Assembly (NCBI GenBank): GCA_001821395.1
Contig: MHLM01000006.1
Coordinates: forward strand, 9,733-73,732
Direction: 5' to 3'
Origin: Candidatus Lloydbacteria bacterium RIFCSPHIGHO2_02_FULL_50_18
Lineage (GTDB): Bacteria; Patescibacteriota; Minisyncoccia; Phycocordibacterales; UBA6899
Length of the DNA stretch: 64,000 nt
Shown here piece by piece: positions 17,282 through 25,599 of the stretch (positions are counted from its first letter, which is position 1; every line of letters begins with the position of its first letter). Both the position numbers and the translations under genes were made by a program. The notes beneath the pieces were generated by a model, which had not been told where the DNA came from, did not search any database, and worked only from the letters and a program-made list of their open reading frames with translations.

Positions 17282-19219
17282 TTATGAGGATTTCCGCACG
17301 CGCATATACCACTCACAAAGCAAACGCACCTGTTTCGGTGTGTAGCCTTTTCCGACCATCCGCGTCACGAAATTCTCGTGCTTTTCCGCATCATTGGCAC
17401 TTGCCTTGGGATTGAACGAAATGACCGGAAGCAGCTCTTCAGTATTCGAGAACATCTTCTTCTCGATCACCGTCCGCAGCTTCTCGTAGCTCGTCCACAC
17501 GGGATTCTTCCCTCCATTACTGGCTCGCGCACGAAGCACGAAATTCACGATCTCATTCCGGAAATCCTTCGGATTGGAAATCCCCGCAGGTTTCTCGATC
17601 TTCTCGAGGTCGCTGTTGAGCGCGGCACGATTAAAGGTTTCCCCCGTATCGACGTCGCGATATTCCGTATCTTGGATCCAATAGTCGGCATAGTTCACGT
17701 AACGGTCAAAAATATTCTGACCATACTCGCTGTAACTCTCAAGATACGCCGTCTGAATTTCCTTCCCGATGAACTCCGCATACTTGGTCGCCAATTGCTC
17801 TTTGATGAACGCATGGTATTTGTCGGACTGCTCCTTCGGAAGCTGTTCACGATCGATCTGCTGTTCCAATACATACATGAGATGCACCGGATTTGCCGCG
17901 ATTTCAGACGAGTCGAAGTTGAACACTTTCGACAGGATCTTGAACGCAAAACGCGTCGAGATACCCGTCATGCCTTCGTCGACTCCGGCGTAGTCACGAT
18001 ACTCCCCGTAGCTCTTCGCCTTCGGGTCAGTGTCTTTCAGGCTTTCACCGTCATACACCAACATCTTGGAAAAGAGATTCGAGTTTTCCGGATCTTTGAG
18101 CCGCGTGAGCGTAGCGAACTGCGCCATCATCTTGAACGTCCCCGGAGCACATTTGGCTTCCGAGAGCGATGAGTTGCGAATCAATTTCTCGTAGATCTTG
18201 ATCTCTTCGCTGACGCGGAGACAGTAGGGAACCTTCACGATATAGATACGGTCAAGGAACGCTTCATTGTTCTTATTGCCGCGGAATGTCTTCCATTCGC
18301 TTTCGTTCGAGTGAGCGAGCACGATACCGTCGAACGGGATCGCACCGAAACCCTCAGTACCCTTGTAATTGCCTTCCTGCGTTGCCGTAAGAAGCGGATG
18401 GAGCACCTTAATGGGCGCCTTGAACATCTCGACGAATTCGAGCAGGCCCTGATTGGCCAAACACAGACCTCCCGAGAAGCTATATGCATCAGGGTCGTCC
18501 TGCGAAAGATGCTCGATTTTTCGAATATCGGTCTTCCCAACCAAGGACGAAATGTCCTGATTGTTTTCATCACCCGGCTCTGTCTTTGCGATAGCGATCT
18601 GCCGCAAAATGTTCGGGTAACGTTTCACGACCCTGAATTTGCTGATATCACCGTCGAATTCTTCGGAGGCGAGGCGTTTGACCGCCCATGGTGACAACAC
18701 ACGATTCAAATACCGTCGTGGAATGTTATATTCCTTTTCAAGCATCTCCGCGTCTTCGAGTGCATCGAACAATCCGAGCGGTGATTCGTTCACCGGTGAA
18801 CCTTCGATAGCGAAGAAGGGTACGTCCTGCATGAGCAGTTTCAGCCGTTCCGCGATAGACGATTTGCCGCCGCCAACGGGGCCAAGCAAATAGAGGATCT
18901 GTTTCTTTTCTTCCAGCCCCTGGGCAGAATGACGGAAGTAGGCGACCACTTGTTCAATGGCATCTTCCATACCGTAAAATTCTTCAAAGGCCGGATAGAC
19001 CTTGATGGTCTTATTCGCAAACAGCCGAGACAAGCGCGGATTAGTCCGCGTGTCGATCATCTGAGGTTCGCCGATCGCCTTCAGCATCCGCTCGGAAGCG
19101 GTTGCATAGGCCATTGGATTCCGTTTGCATTCTTCAAGGTACTCCTCAAGCGACATCGATTCTGAACGCAAGCGTTCATGACGTTTTGTTGCCTGAAGAG
19201 AAAAATGACTATTTCCCAT
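17282..19219 (-). CDS. prkA: PrkA serine protein kinase (AAA+ domain)
   Basis: P-loop LLGPVGGGKSSIAERLK. Likely start MGNSHFSL at 19219 with AAGGAG RBS. The track ORF extends to 19273. Confidence 0.9.
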   Translation of the reverse strand: MGNSHFSLQATKRHERLRSESMSLEEYLEECKRNPMAYATASERMLKAIGEPQMIDTRTNPRLSRLFANKTIKVYPAFEEFYGMEDAIEQVVAYFRHSAQGLEEKKQILYLLGPVGGGKSSIAERLKLLMQDVPFFAIEGSPVNESPLGLFDALEDAEMLEKEYNIPRRYLNRVLSPWAVKRLASEEFDGDISKFRVVKRYPNILRQIAIAKTEPGDENNQDISSLVGKTDIRKIEHLSQDDPDAYSFSGGLCLANQGLLEFVEMFKAPIKVLHPLLTATQEGNYKGTEGFGAIPFDGIVLAHSNESEWKTFRGNKNNEAFLDRIYIVKVPYCLRVSEEIKIYEKLIRNSSLSEAKCAPGTFKMMAQFATLTRLKDPENSNLFSKMLVYDGESLKDTDPKAKSYGEYRDYAGVDEGMTGISTRFAFKILSKVFNFDSSEIAANPVHLMYVLEQQIDREQLPKEQSDKYHAFIKEQLATKYAEFIGKEIQTAYLESYSEYGQNIFDRYVNYADYWIQDTEYRDVDTGETFNRAALNSDLEKIEKPAGISNPKDFRNEIVNFVLRARASNGGKNPVWTSYEKLRTVIEKKMFSNTEELLPVISFNPKASANDAEKHENFVTRMVGKGYTPKQVRLLCEWYMRVRKSS

Positions 19220-19589
19220 GACTATCTCCTTATTTACCGGTGAATGATAAGCGAAGTGTGGTTGCGCACCCACATGATTCCTCGCCGCAGAATGTCAAAG
19301 AACGATATTGTTCTTACCCTTTTTCAGACTAACATCGTACTCAACGTCGTAAAGATTGATATATTGTCAAATATGTTGCGCAACTGAAGCATGGGTGAAC
19401 AGCGAGGACAACAGCGACTCTTCCGTGGGTAAAGCTTGGATTTCTCTCGACCTGTCTGCTAGACTAGCCAGATCAAGCACTGAGCGGAAGTACCCCTTGA
19501 GATAACTTGGCATTCGTCCTTGTGAATGAGAAAATATCCAAAAGATGTGCGGCTCCATGGGAGTTTCGAGAGAGTTTTGTGCATTGTGT

Positions 19590-19671
19590 GGGCGTGTGGC
19601 GGAATTGGTATACGCGTACGTCTCAGAAGCGTATCCCGTAAGGGTTGGGAGTTCGAGTCTCCCCACGCCCA
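19590..19671 (+). tRNA. tRNA-Leu (anticodon CAG)
   Basis: GGGCGTG...CACGCCC acceptor stem. Anticodon stem TACGT/GCGTA with loop CTCAGAA. Long variable arm. T-loop TTCGAGT. 82 nt. Confidence 0.85.
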
Positions 19672-19934
19672 CAGAGTGCAAAAAGAGTCTCCCCAAGTTC
19701 ACAAATACTCAGTCAGCCAAAGCGGGCGATTTTTGTTTGTAGCGAAACGTCCACTCACGCAAGCCAAGCAATTAAATAGGGAGGATGCTTGGTCACAGAT
19801 AATTTTCTCGTCGTCATTCGAAAATTTCTGCGACCCCGACTCGCTGCGGTTTCTGCTGAAACCGCATTCGCTCCGTCTTTCAAATCCCCTTAAAAAAAGA
19901 AGATTTGAATCTTACAGATTCGGTACACCTTTCA

Positions 19935-20116
19935 CCACGAAGAGTACTTCATTTTTCTAAGGCGGAGTACCGCTAAGAAAAATTGGTCGGTGATTTATTC
20001 AGCATAAGAATGCTTCATAAATATCACAAAGCTTTTCAAATCCTCTCTCGCGACTGAAGCAGCGACCAATTTTTCTTCATGGTATTCCATGTTAGAAAAA
20101 TGAAGTACCCTTGTGG
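19935..20116. repeat. About 182-bp element with nested terminal inverted repeats (MITE-like or long-hairpin RNA)
   Basis: Outer IR CCACGAAGAGTACTTCATTTTTCTAA (19935-19960) versus TTAGAAAAATGAAGTACCCTTGTGG (20092-20116). Inner IR TAAGAAAAATTGGTCG (19973-19989) versus CGACCAATTTTTCTTC (20063-20079). Confidence 0.35.
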
Positions 20117-20130
20117 TGTTCAGTCGCTTC

Positions 20131-20181
20131 GGGCACAAATACAAAAAAGTCGCACTGTGCGACTTTTTTGTATTTGTGCCC
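20131..20181. repeat. 25-bp perfect palindrome (GGGCACAAATACAAAAAAGTCGCAC-TGT-GTGCGACTTTTTTGTATTTGTGCCC) overlapping the 3' end of tRNA-Leu(GAG)
   Basis: Read directly. The 3' arm shares its last 5 nt with the tRNA acceptor end. Possible transcription terminator or recombination site. Confidence 0.5.
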
Positions 20182-20260
20182 GAGAGAGGATTTGAACCTC
20201 CATGCCCTTACGAGCGCTACCACCTCAAGGTAGTGCGTCTACCAATTTCGCCACCCGGGC
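20177..20260 (-). tRNA. tRNA-Leu (anticodon GAG)
   Basis: Reverse complement GCCCGGGTGGCGAAATTGGTAGACGCACTACCTTGAGGTGGTAGCGCTCGTAAGGGCATGGAGGTTCAAATCCTCTCTCGGGCA. Anticodon loop TTGAGGT. Long variable arm. Confidence 0.85.
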
Positions 20261-20358
20261 TTGGGATTTAACTACTATACGCAAAACATCCGATATTTTC
20301 AAGCTCAAAGAAAAAAACGAGGTGCCCTCAGTAAAACTTGGTCACCCCGCTCTCGTTC

Positions 20359-20811
20359 TTATTCAGCAACGGCTTCGTTGGACTCTGCTTCCACGGGAAC
20401 CTGGGTTGCCTCAAAATCCTTCGTTGATCCGCCTCCCATGCGGGTCTGTTTTAATTTGCGGCGGACATCTCGGACAGCCTTGTCACGCACATAGTAGAGT
20501 TTCGAACGACGGACGACGGAACGTTTTACGAGTTCGATCTTATCGATCATCGGTGAGTAGAGCGGGAAGATACGCTCAACACCAACATTACTTGCGACCT
20601 TGCGCACGGTGAATGTCGCCCCAGTCTCCTTTCCATGCTTTCGTGCGAGCACCATTCCCTCGAATGCTTGCAAGCGATACTTTTTCTTTTCCGCATCCTC
20701 AAGCACCTTTACCCAAACGCGAACGGTGTCACCGGTGCGAAACTCAAGCTTGCGGCGTGACTCCACGTCAACAGGAGAGAGCGTAAACTTCGTGTGCAAT
20801 GTGGAATTCAT
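20359..20811 (-). CDS. rplS: 50S ribosomal protein L19
   Basis: 150 aa. ..YRLQAFEGMVLARKHGKETGATFTVRKVASNVGVERIFPLYSP.. typical L19 core. Acidic C-terminal tail. Confidence 0.85.
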   Translation of the reverse strand: MNSTLHTKFTLSPVDVESRRKLEFRTGDTVRVWVKVLEDAEKKKYRLQAFEGMVLARKHGKETGATFTVRKVASNVGVERIFPLYSPMIDKIELVKRSVVRRSKLYYVRDKAVRDVRRKLKQTRMGGGSTKDFEATQVPVEAESNEAVAE

Positions 20812-20969
20812 AAGTTGATATTAATGATAGTATTCGCGTGTCACTTATGCAGAGGGGGGCTTTTATGCCGACCAACCTGCTCCACGTATGCGAATGTAGT
20901 CGCCAATCTAGCACGACCACCCCCATCGTGCAACTGTCCTATATTTTGCTTCATATTTTCTCACTTTTT

Positions 20970-20990
20970 TGTCAAGGTTTAACCTTGACA
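20970..20990. repeat. REP palindrome TGTCAAGGTTTAACCTTGACA (copy 1, 5' flank of RAYT)
   Basis: Perfect 10-bp stem with 1-nt loop, flanked by T-runs. Same 21-mer at 40902-40922. Variant with an extra A at 21731-21751. Confidence 0.7.
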
Positions 20991-21005
20991 TTTTGCTAAG
21001 TTTCG

Positions 21006-21692
21006 ATGAGAATGTGCGCTATGGCAAGATCAATTACGTTCGCCCCCGGTGAGTATTACCATATCTATAATCGTGGCACCGACAAACGCCTCATCTTCCT
21101 TGACCAAGCAGACCATGAGCGCTTCATCTCTCTCCTCTACCTCTGCAACAGCGGCATCCCCATTCATCGGAGTGATCACCGCGTCACTTCTCTCGATGAT
21201 ATTTTTCTTATTCCGAAGGAGACATCACTGGTAAACATCGGTGCATACTGCCTCATGCCAAATCACTTTCATTTATTGTTGAACGAACAATCAGAAGGCG
21301 GCATCAGTCTCTTCATGCAAAAGCTCATGACCGCGTATACGATGTACTTCAACAAAAGGCATCTCCGCAAAGGAACGCTTTTTGAAGGCAGTTTTCAGGC
21401 GACACACGCGCAGAAAGATGAATACCTGAAGTATCTTTTCGCGTATATCCACTTGAATCCGATCGGCATCAACGCCGAAGGATGGAAAGAGCACCACATT
21501 AAGGACACCAAGGCGGCAGAACTCTTCATTCAAACATACCCGTATTCAAGCCACCTTGATTATGCAAAGTTAGGATCCCCGCGCAGACAAGGAGTAATCC
21601 TCAACAAGCTCGCATTTCCCGAATACTTCGAAAAGCAACGGGATTTCAATGAATACATTAAAGACTGGATGAGTGGGGACAAAGAGCCATAG
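21006..21692 (+). mobile_element. REP-associated tyrosine transposase (RAYT / IS200-like Y1 HUH transposase)
   Basis: HUH motif LMPNHFHLLL. YHIYNRG N-motif. Catalytic Tyr context KYLFAYIHLNP. The gene is bracketed by the two REP palindromes. Alternative start MARSITF at 21021. Confidence 0.75.
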
Positions 21693-21730
21693 TTTGAGAC
21701 TACCCCCAGTCGCCCTCCGCCGTCCACGCA

Positions 21731-21751
21731 TGTCAAGGTTAAACCTTGACA
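21731..21751. repeat. REP palindrome TGTCAAGGTTAAACCTTGACA (copy 2, 3' flank of RAYT)
   Basis: Read directly. 10-bp stem. Confidence 0.7.
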
Positions 21752-21819
21752 AAAAAGGTCAAAAAAATGGCTTAAAATATGAGATAGGCTGTCGCTGGAT
21801 TATGAAGATGGTGTGCGCC

Positions 21820-22560
21820 CTACCCTAATGAAACTCCAAAAAGTGGGGCTGCGCTTTCAAAATCGGTGGGGTACGGTGCCGTGACCTCCATCTTTTTTCC
21901 TGCATAAAGAAACGCAATCCTCCGTGCATGTAGCGCCAAGCGCTTGAACCCGCACGCAGACGCTTTTGTTCCTCCATACCGAGTATCCGCAGCGATCGAA
22001 TGTCCGAGTGCACTCAAATGCACGCGCAACTGGTGTGTGCGACCGGTTTTTGGACTTAACTCAAGAAAGGAATACTTATCATATTCTCCAAGCACAGCGT
22101 AGTCGGTAATGGCTGACCGAAGTGTCCCTCGTGCATGCGGCGCAATTGCCCACTGTCGAAAGTCCGCACGGTTACGCCCAATGGGCATATCGATCCTTCC
22201 GTGGTCATTTTCGAGAGATCCGCGCACGACCGCATGGTACGTCTTCTCGATCTTTCTTTCGAGAAATTGTCGCTGCAGGTCGAGGAATGTTTGCGCATCT
22301 TTTGCAATGAGTAGCACTCCCGATGTGTCACGATCAAGGCGATGCACGATACCCCACCGCTCGACATATCGCCCCGAGTCGAGCGTATGTAGCCCACCGA
22401 TATCTTTCAGTTCAGGATATTTTTCTTTCACCCAGTCGCTGAGCGTAGCCTCCGTAGTGCGCCCATCTGAATGCACAACGAGACCAGCCGGCTTGTTTAT
22501 CACGAGCAGGTGCTGATCTTCATAAAGGATCGTTGGGGTGATTTGACTCACAATACTCAA
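21820..22560 (-). CDS. RluA-family 23S rRNA/tRNA pseudouridine synthase
   Basis: Catalytic motif HRLDRDTSGVLLIAKD. 246 aa. Confidence 0.85.
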   Translation of the reverse strand: MSIVSQITPTILYEDQHLLVINKPAGLVVHSDGRTTEATLSDWVKEKYPELKDIGGLHTLDSGRYVERWGIVHRLDRDTSGVLLIAKDAQTFLDLQRQFLERKIEKTYHAVVRGSLENDHGRIDMPIGRNRADFRQWAIAPHARGTLRSAITDYAVLGEYDKYSFLELSPKTGRTHQLRVHLSALGHSIAADTRYGGTKASACGFKRLALHARRIAFLYAGKKMEVTAPYPTDFESAAPLFGVSLG

Positions 22561-22584
22561 TAGGTTAGCGTACTTACAGACAGT

Positions 22585-22959
22585 TTGAAAGGACGCGTCA
22601 TGAAGAAAAGTTCCCCATCTGACTCGGTCAACAAAAAATCAGCGCCGGTTGACGCAAAAACTCGACGGCAAGCAAGGAGGTGGCTCGAAAAGATCTGGCC
22701 ATCACTCATCAAGCCCAAGCGACTGCGCAATGTCGTGCGCCGTGCAGTACGTAAAACAAAATCGAAAGAGTTTGCCGACAAACTCGATGCGGTATTGCTG
22801 TTCATGGCCACTGTCCACGACCTCACACAGCAAGAGAATGCGATGAATCCAAGTCCGGCGTTGCTCAAATTGCAGCGCAGCGGAACGGTCACACGAGAGA
22901 TCAAGGAAGAATTCCAGAAACTCTTGGCAGCCTGGAAGGAATTAATTGCCATAGTTTAA
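22585..22959 (+). CDS. Hypothetical basic protein
   Basis: 124-aa ORF followed immediately by a + strand intrinsic terminator (hairpin ACACAGCATTGGCTGTGT + T-run, 22966-22994). Preferred over the antisense ORF 22557..22952. Confidence 0.4.
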   Translation: MKGRVMKKSSPSDSVNKKSAPVDAKTRRQARRWLEKIWPSLIKPKRLRNVVRRAVRKTKSKEFADKLDAVLLFMATVHDLTQQENAMNPSPALLKLQRSGTVTREIKEEFQKLLAAWKELIAIV

Positions 22960-22965
22960 CATTTA

Positions 22966-22994
22966 ACACAGCATTGGCTGTGTTTTTTATTTAT
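22966..22994 (+). terminator. Rho-independent terminator
   Basis: Hairpin ACACAGC-ATTG-GCTGTGT followed by TTTTTATTT. Confidence 0.55.
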
Positions 22995-23122
22995 ATTTTC
23001 ACCGAAAATTGGTGGCCACTATCAGGGAAAGAAAGTTCTTCGAACAAGAGAGAATATCCTCTCGTACGGCTCTAGGTGAAACGTTACACACGATACAGAA
23101 ACTGCCAAACTCACGTGCGTTC

Positions 23123-23863
23123 CTATTTTCCCAACCTACGTTCCCGCTCACTGTAATTTTTAAGAATCGAAAGAAACTCTTCTTTGGAAAAATCCGGCCA
23201 GAGGGTCTTGGTAAATACTAGCTCGCTATACACGCTCTGCCACGGAAGAAAATTCGACAACCGCTCCTCGCCGCTCGTGCGAATGATCAGGTCGGGGTCA
23301 CACATCTCTTTTGTCCAAAGCAATTGTGCAAATTCATCTTCGGAGATCGTTTCAAGTTTTTCTTTAGGAATACGGTGGATCGCATCAATGATCTCCGTGC
23401 GGCCCCCATACGAAAGCGCGATACCAAATGTGAGTGACACGTACATTCGCGTCTCTTGTTCTGCACGTTCGATCGCCTGCAGAATATCTTCGGCAAATCG
23501 TGTCCGCTCACCCAAAAAGATCAATCGTGTTTGTTTTTCTTTGGCTTCTTTTGTCATCGTCGCGATCATTTCACGAAATAGATTCATCAGATAACCGACT
23601 TCTTCTGTCGTCCTATTCCAATTTTCTGTCGAGAATGCATAAACGATGATCTCATTTATTCCCGCTTCCTTTGTCCAAGAAAGGACGTCACGCAATTTAT
23701 GATAACCCATGCGATGGCCTTCGAGGGTCGGTAGGCCTTTTGCTTTTGCATAGCGGCGATTGCCATCCATGATTATCGCAATAGATTGAGGAACGAGATT
23801 ATTTTTCTGCCGTAATAATTCCATATGATAATATTTTTTTTCTATATAAATACCCTTGAGCAA
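23123..23863 (-). CDS. uppS: Undecaprenyl-diphosphate synthase (isoprenyl transferase)
   Basis: IAIIMDGNRRYAKAKGLP..GH and later UppS blocks. Probable real start MELLRQ at 23824. Confidence 0.85.
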   Translation of the reverse strand: MLKGIYIEKKYYHMELLRQKNNLVPQSIAIIMDGNRRYAKAKGLPTLEGHRMGYHKLRDVLSWTKEAGINEIIVYAFSTENWNRTTEEVGYLMNLFREMIATMTKEAKEKQTRLIFLGERTRFAEDILQAIERAEQETRMYVSLTFGIALSYGGRTEIIDAIHRIPKEKLETISEDEFAQLLWTKEMCDPDLIIRTSGEERLSNFLPWQSVYSELVFTKTLWPDFSKEEFLSILKNYSERERRLGK

Positions 23864-24899
23864 TCATGGCAAGTGAATTTTTCCAAAATATGTCAGATAA
23901 TATATTTATCAGTCGCAAGGGGAAAAAAGCAATTAAATTCGACACTCCAGATAGAACACGCCCAAGTACGCAACCACTAATTGCATCGGAGTAATCATGA
24001 TACACGACATTACGAAATCCCGCCTTCTTAAAATACTGGATCGCTTCAACTTTTGTTGACACAGATGGCGCAAGAAAACCGTCACAAAAATTAGTATATG
24101 CAGATAATTCTGTTGGTGCAGAAGGTTGCTTGAGAAGAAAAAGATCGGCAACAATAATTCGACCATTAGGCTCCAACACGCGGTATGCTTCGTTCACAAA
24201 TCGAGCCTTTTCATGAACATGACAAATACTTTCGAGTGCCCACACAAGAGAAAAATACCCAGAAGTAAAATGCATATTCAACATATTTTCTTCGAAGACA
24301 TTAATGCGCTTTGTATATTTCTTCCGTTTGATAAGTTTTTTGACCACAGAGACCTCACGTGCACCGATTGTCACCGCATCAATGGTGCATAAATAGTGAC
24401 GAGCAAGCCAAAACAAACTCCCACCCTGCCCACAACCAGCATCAAGAATATGATCTGAATCAGCGACATGAGCAAGATGTGCAAGTTCTCTGTTTATATC
24501 AAGAGGCCATCGCATCTGATAATGAATATTGGGCGAATAAAGTCGAGAAAATCTCATAAATGCAGAGGCGGCAAAATTGTAAAAAGCAGGAACGGCATCT
24601 TCTCTTTCTTTTTCTTTATTTTTTTCATAGATGATCCGGAAATCACGATACAATCCGCTCGATTCCACATAATGGACATGCACATCTTCCACGGCAGAGA
24701 GTAGAGATCCTCGCTTTAATAGATCGATAAGCCTACAAAGTTGTGACTCATCACCTTCCGCAATGACGCGGACAGTACCATCCGTTTCGTTCCACACTTC
24801 CCCGACGACCCCGAGTTTTTTCGCATTCCGTGATACAAAATCACGAAACATCACCATCTGGACGCGCCCAAAAATCGTGCATTCAACGCGTTTTTTCAT
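23799..24899 (-). CDS. Fusion protein: N-terminal acylphosphatase-like domain + class I SAM-dependent methyltransferase
   Basis: Acylphosphatase signatures VECTIFGRVQMVMFRDFV and GEVWNETDGTVRVIAEG. MTase motif I ILDAGCGQGG. Confidence 0.65.
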   Translation of the reverse strand: MKKRVECTIFGRVQMVMFRDFVSRNAKKLGVVGEVWNETDGTVRVIAEGDESQLCRLIDLLKRGSLLSAVEDVHVHYVESSGLYRDFRIIYEKNKEKEREDAVPAFYNFAASAFMRFSRLYSPNIHYQMRWPLDINRELAHLAHVADSDHILDAGCGQGGSLFWLARHYLCTIDAVTIGAREVSVVKKLIKRKKYTKRINVFEENMLNMHFTSGYFSLVWALESICHVHEKARFVNEAYRVLEPNGRIIVADLFLLKQPSAPTELSAYTNFCDGFLAPSVSTKVEAIQYFKKAGFRNVVYHDYSDAISGCVLGRVLSGVSNLIAFFPLRLINILSDIFWKNSLAMIAQGYLYRKKILSYGIITAEK

Positions 24900-24935
24900 A
24901 CAGCAATAGTAACTCTCGATAAAATAAAACCATGC

Positions 24936-24964
24936 TTGACATAATCACAAAAAAGATATATACT
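24936..24964 (+). promoter_or_regulatory. Near-consensus sigma70-type promoter TTGACA-17-TATACT
   Basis: -35 at 24936-24941, 17-nt spacer, -10 at 24959-24964. Drives the downstream small RNA. Confidence 0.55.
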
Positions 24965-24970
24965 GTTATT

Positions 24971-25167
24971 AGTTCACTTCCGCAATCTGAAGATGCAATG
25001 ACTTGTTTCTTCTGACTGCGGCGGAGGAGCGATCCTTACAAGGAAGCCGGTCTATCGTTCGGGGAAGCTCGAATGGTGTCCACAGCTGTGAGAAGCTGGA
25101 CCTCGAAGACGGAGGAGCCGTCGCAGCCAACACTAGTCGCCGAGCAATCGGCGACTAATCTTTTTTT
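24971..25167 (+). ncRNA. Small structured RNA gene with its own promoter and terminator; possibly SRP RNA
   Basis: ORF-free. Closing stem CTGCGGCGG/CCGTCGCAG. Apical hairpin CAGCT-GUGA-GAAGCUGG resembles the SRP domain IV GNRA + GAAGCAGC motif. Ends with terminator GTCGCCGAGCAATCGGCGAC + T7 at 25136-25167. Confidence 0.4.
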
Positions 25168-25208
25168 CTTTTGAGATTTAGCGTAAGCTATGGACACGGA
25201 AGAGATAC

Positions 25209-25280
25209 GTCCTCGTAGTTCAATGGATAGAACGAAAGCCTTCTAAGCTTTAGATCTAGGTTCGATTCCTAGCGGGGGCA
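25209..25280 (+). tRNA. tRNA-Arg (anticodon UCU)
   Basis: GTCCTCG/CGGGGGC acceptor. Anticodon stem AAAGC/GCTTT with loop CTTCTAA. T-loop TTCGATT. Confidence 0.85.
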
Positions 25281-25349
25281 CAACCGGATTGCAGAGAGCA
25301 GTAAAATGTTCTATTGTTCAGAAATCTCAAGTGGGCGCGTATGTCATAT

Positions 25350-25422
25350 GCGCGATTAGCTCAGTTGGTAGAGCAGCGCTTTTACACAGCGAAGGTCGCA
25401 GGTTCGAATCCTGCATCGCGCA
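25350..25422 (+). tRNA. tRNA-Val (anticodon UAC)
   Basis: GCGCGAT/ATCGCGC acceptor. D-arm GCTCAGTTGGTAGAGC. Anticodon loop TTTACAC. T-loop TTCGAAT. Confidence 0.85.
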
Positions 25423-25599
25423 CAAGAAAACCACCCTTTGGTGGTTTTTGCGCGATAGGACACAACTGCTTGTGTCCGTAAGGATTCGAAAGGATATTCA
25501 TTATCGAGTCTTCGAGATTGAATATCACCTGCGGCGGTAGCCGAGAATCCTCTGCATCGCGCACAGTCAGCGAGAAACTCCTGCATCGGCCACTGTTCA

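Noticed and set aside
19367-19960. ORFs 19367..19702 (-), 19526..19960 (+) and 19545..19742 (+)
   Set aside because: They span tRNA-Leu(CAG) and the inverted-repeat element. No RBS and no homology signal.
22557-22952. Minus-strand 131-aa ORF overlapping the + strand 124-aa ORF
   Set aside because: The + strand ORF is followed by a + strand intrinsic terminator and has protein-like composition. The minus ORF would overlap the rluA start region.
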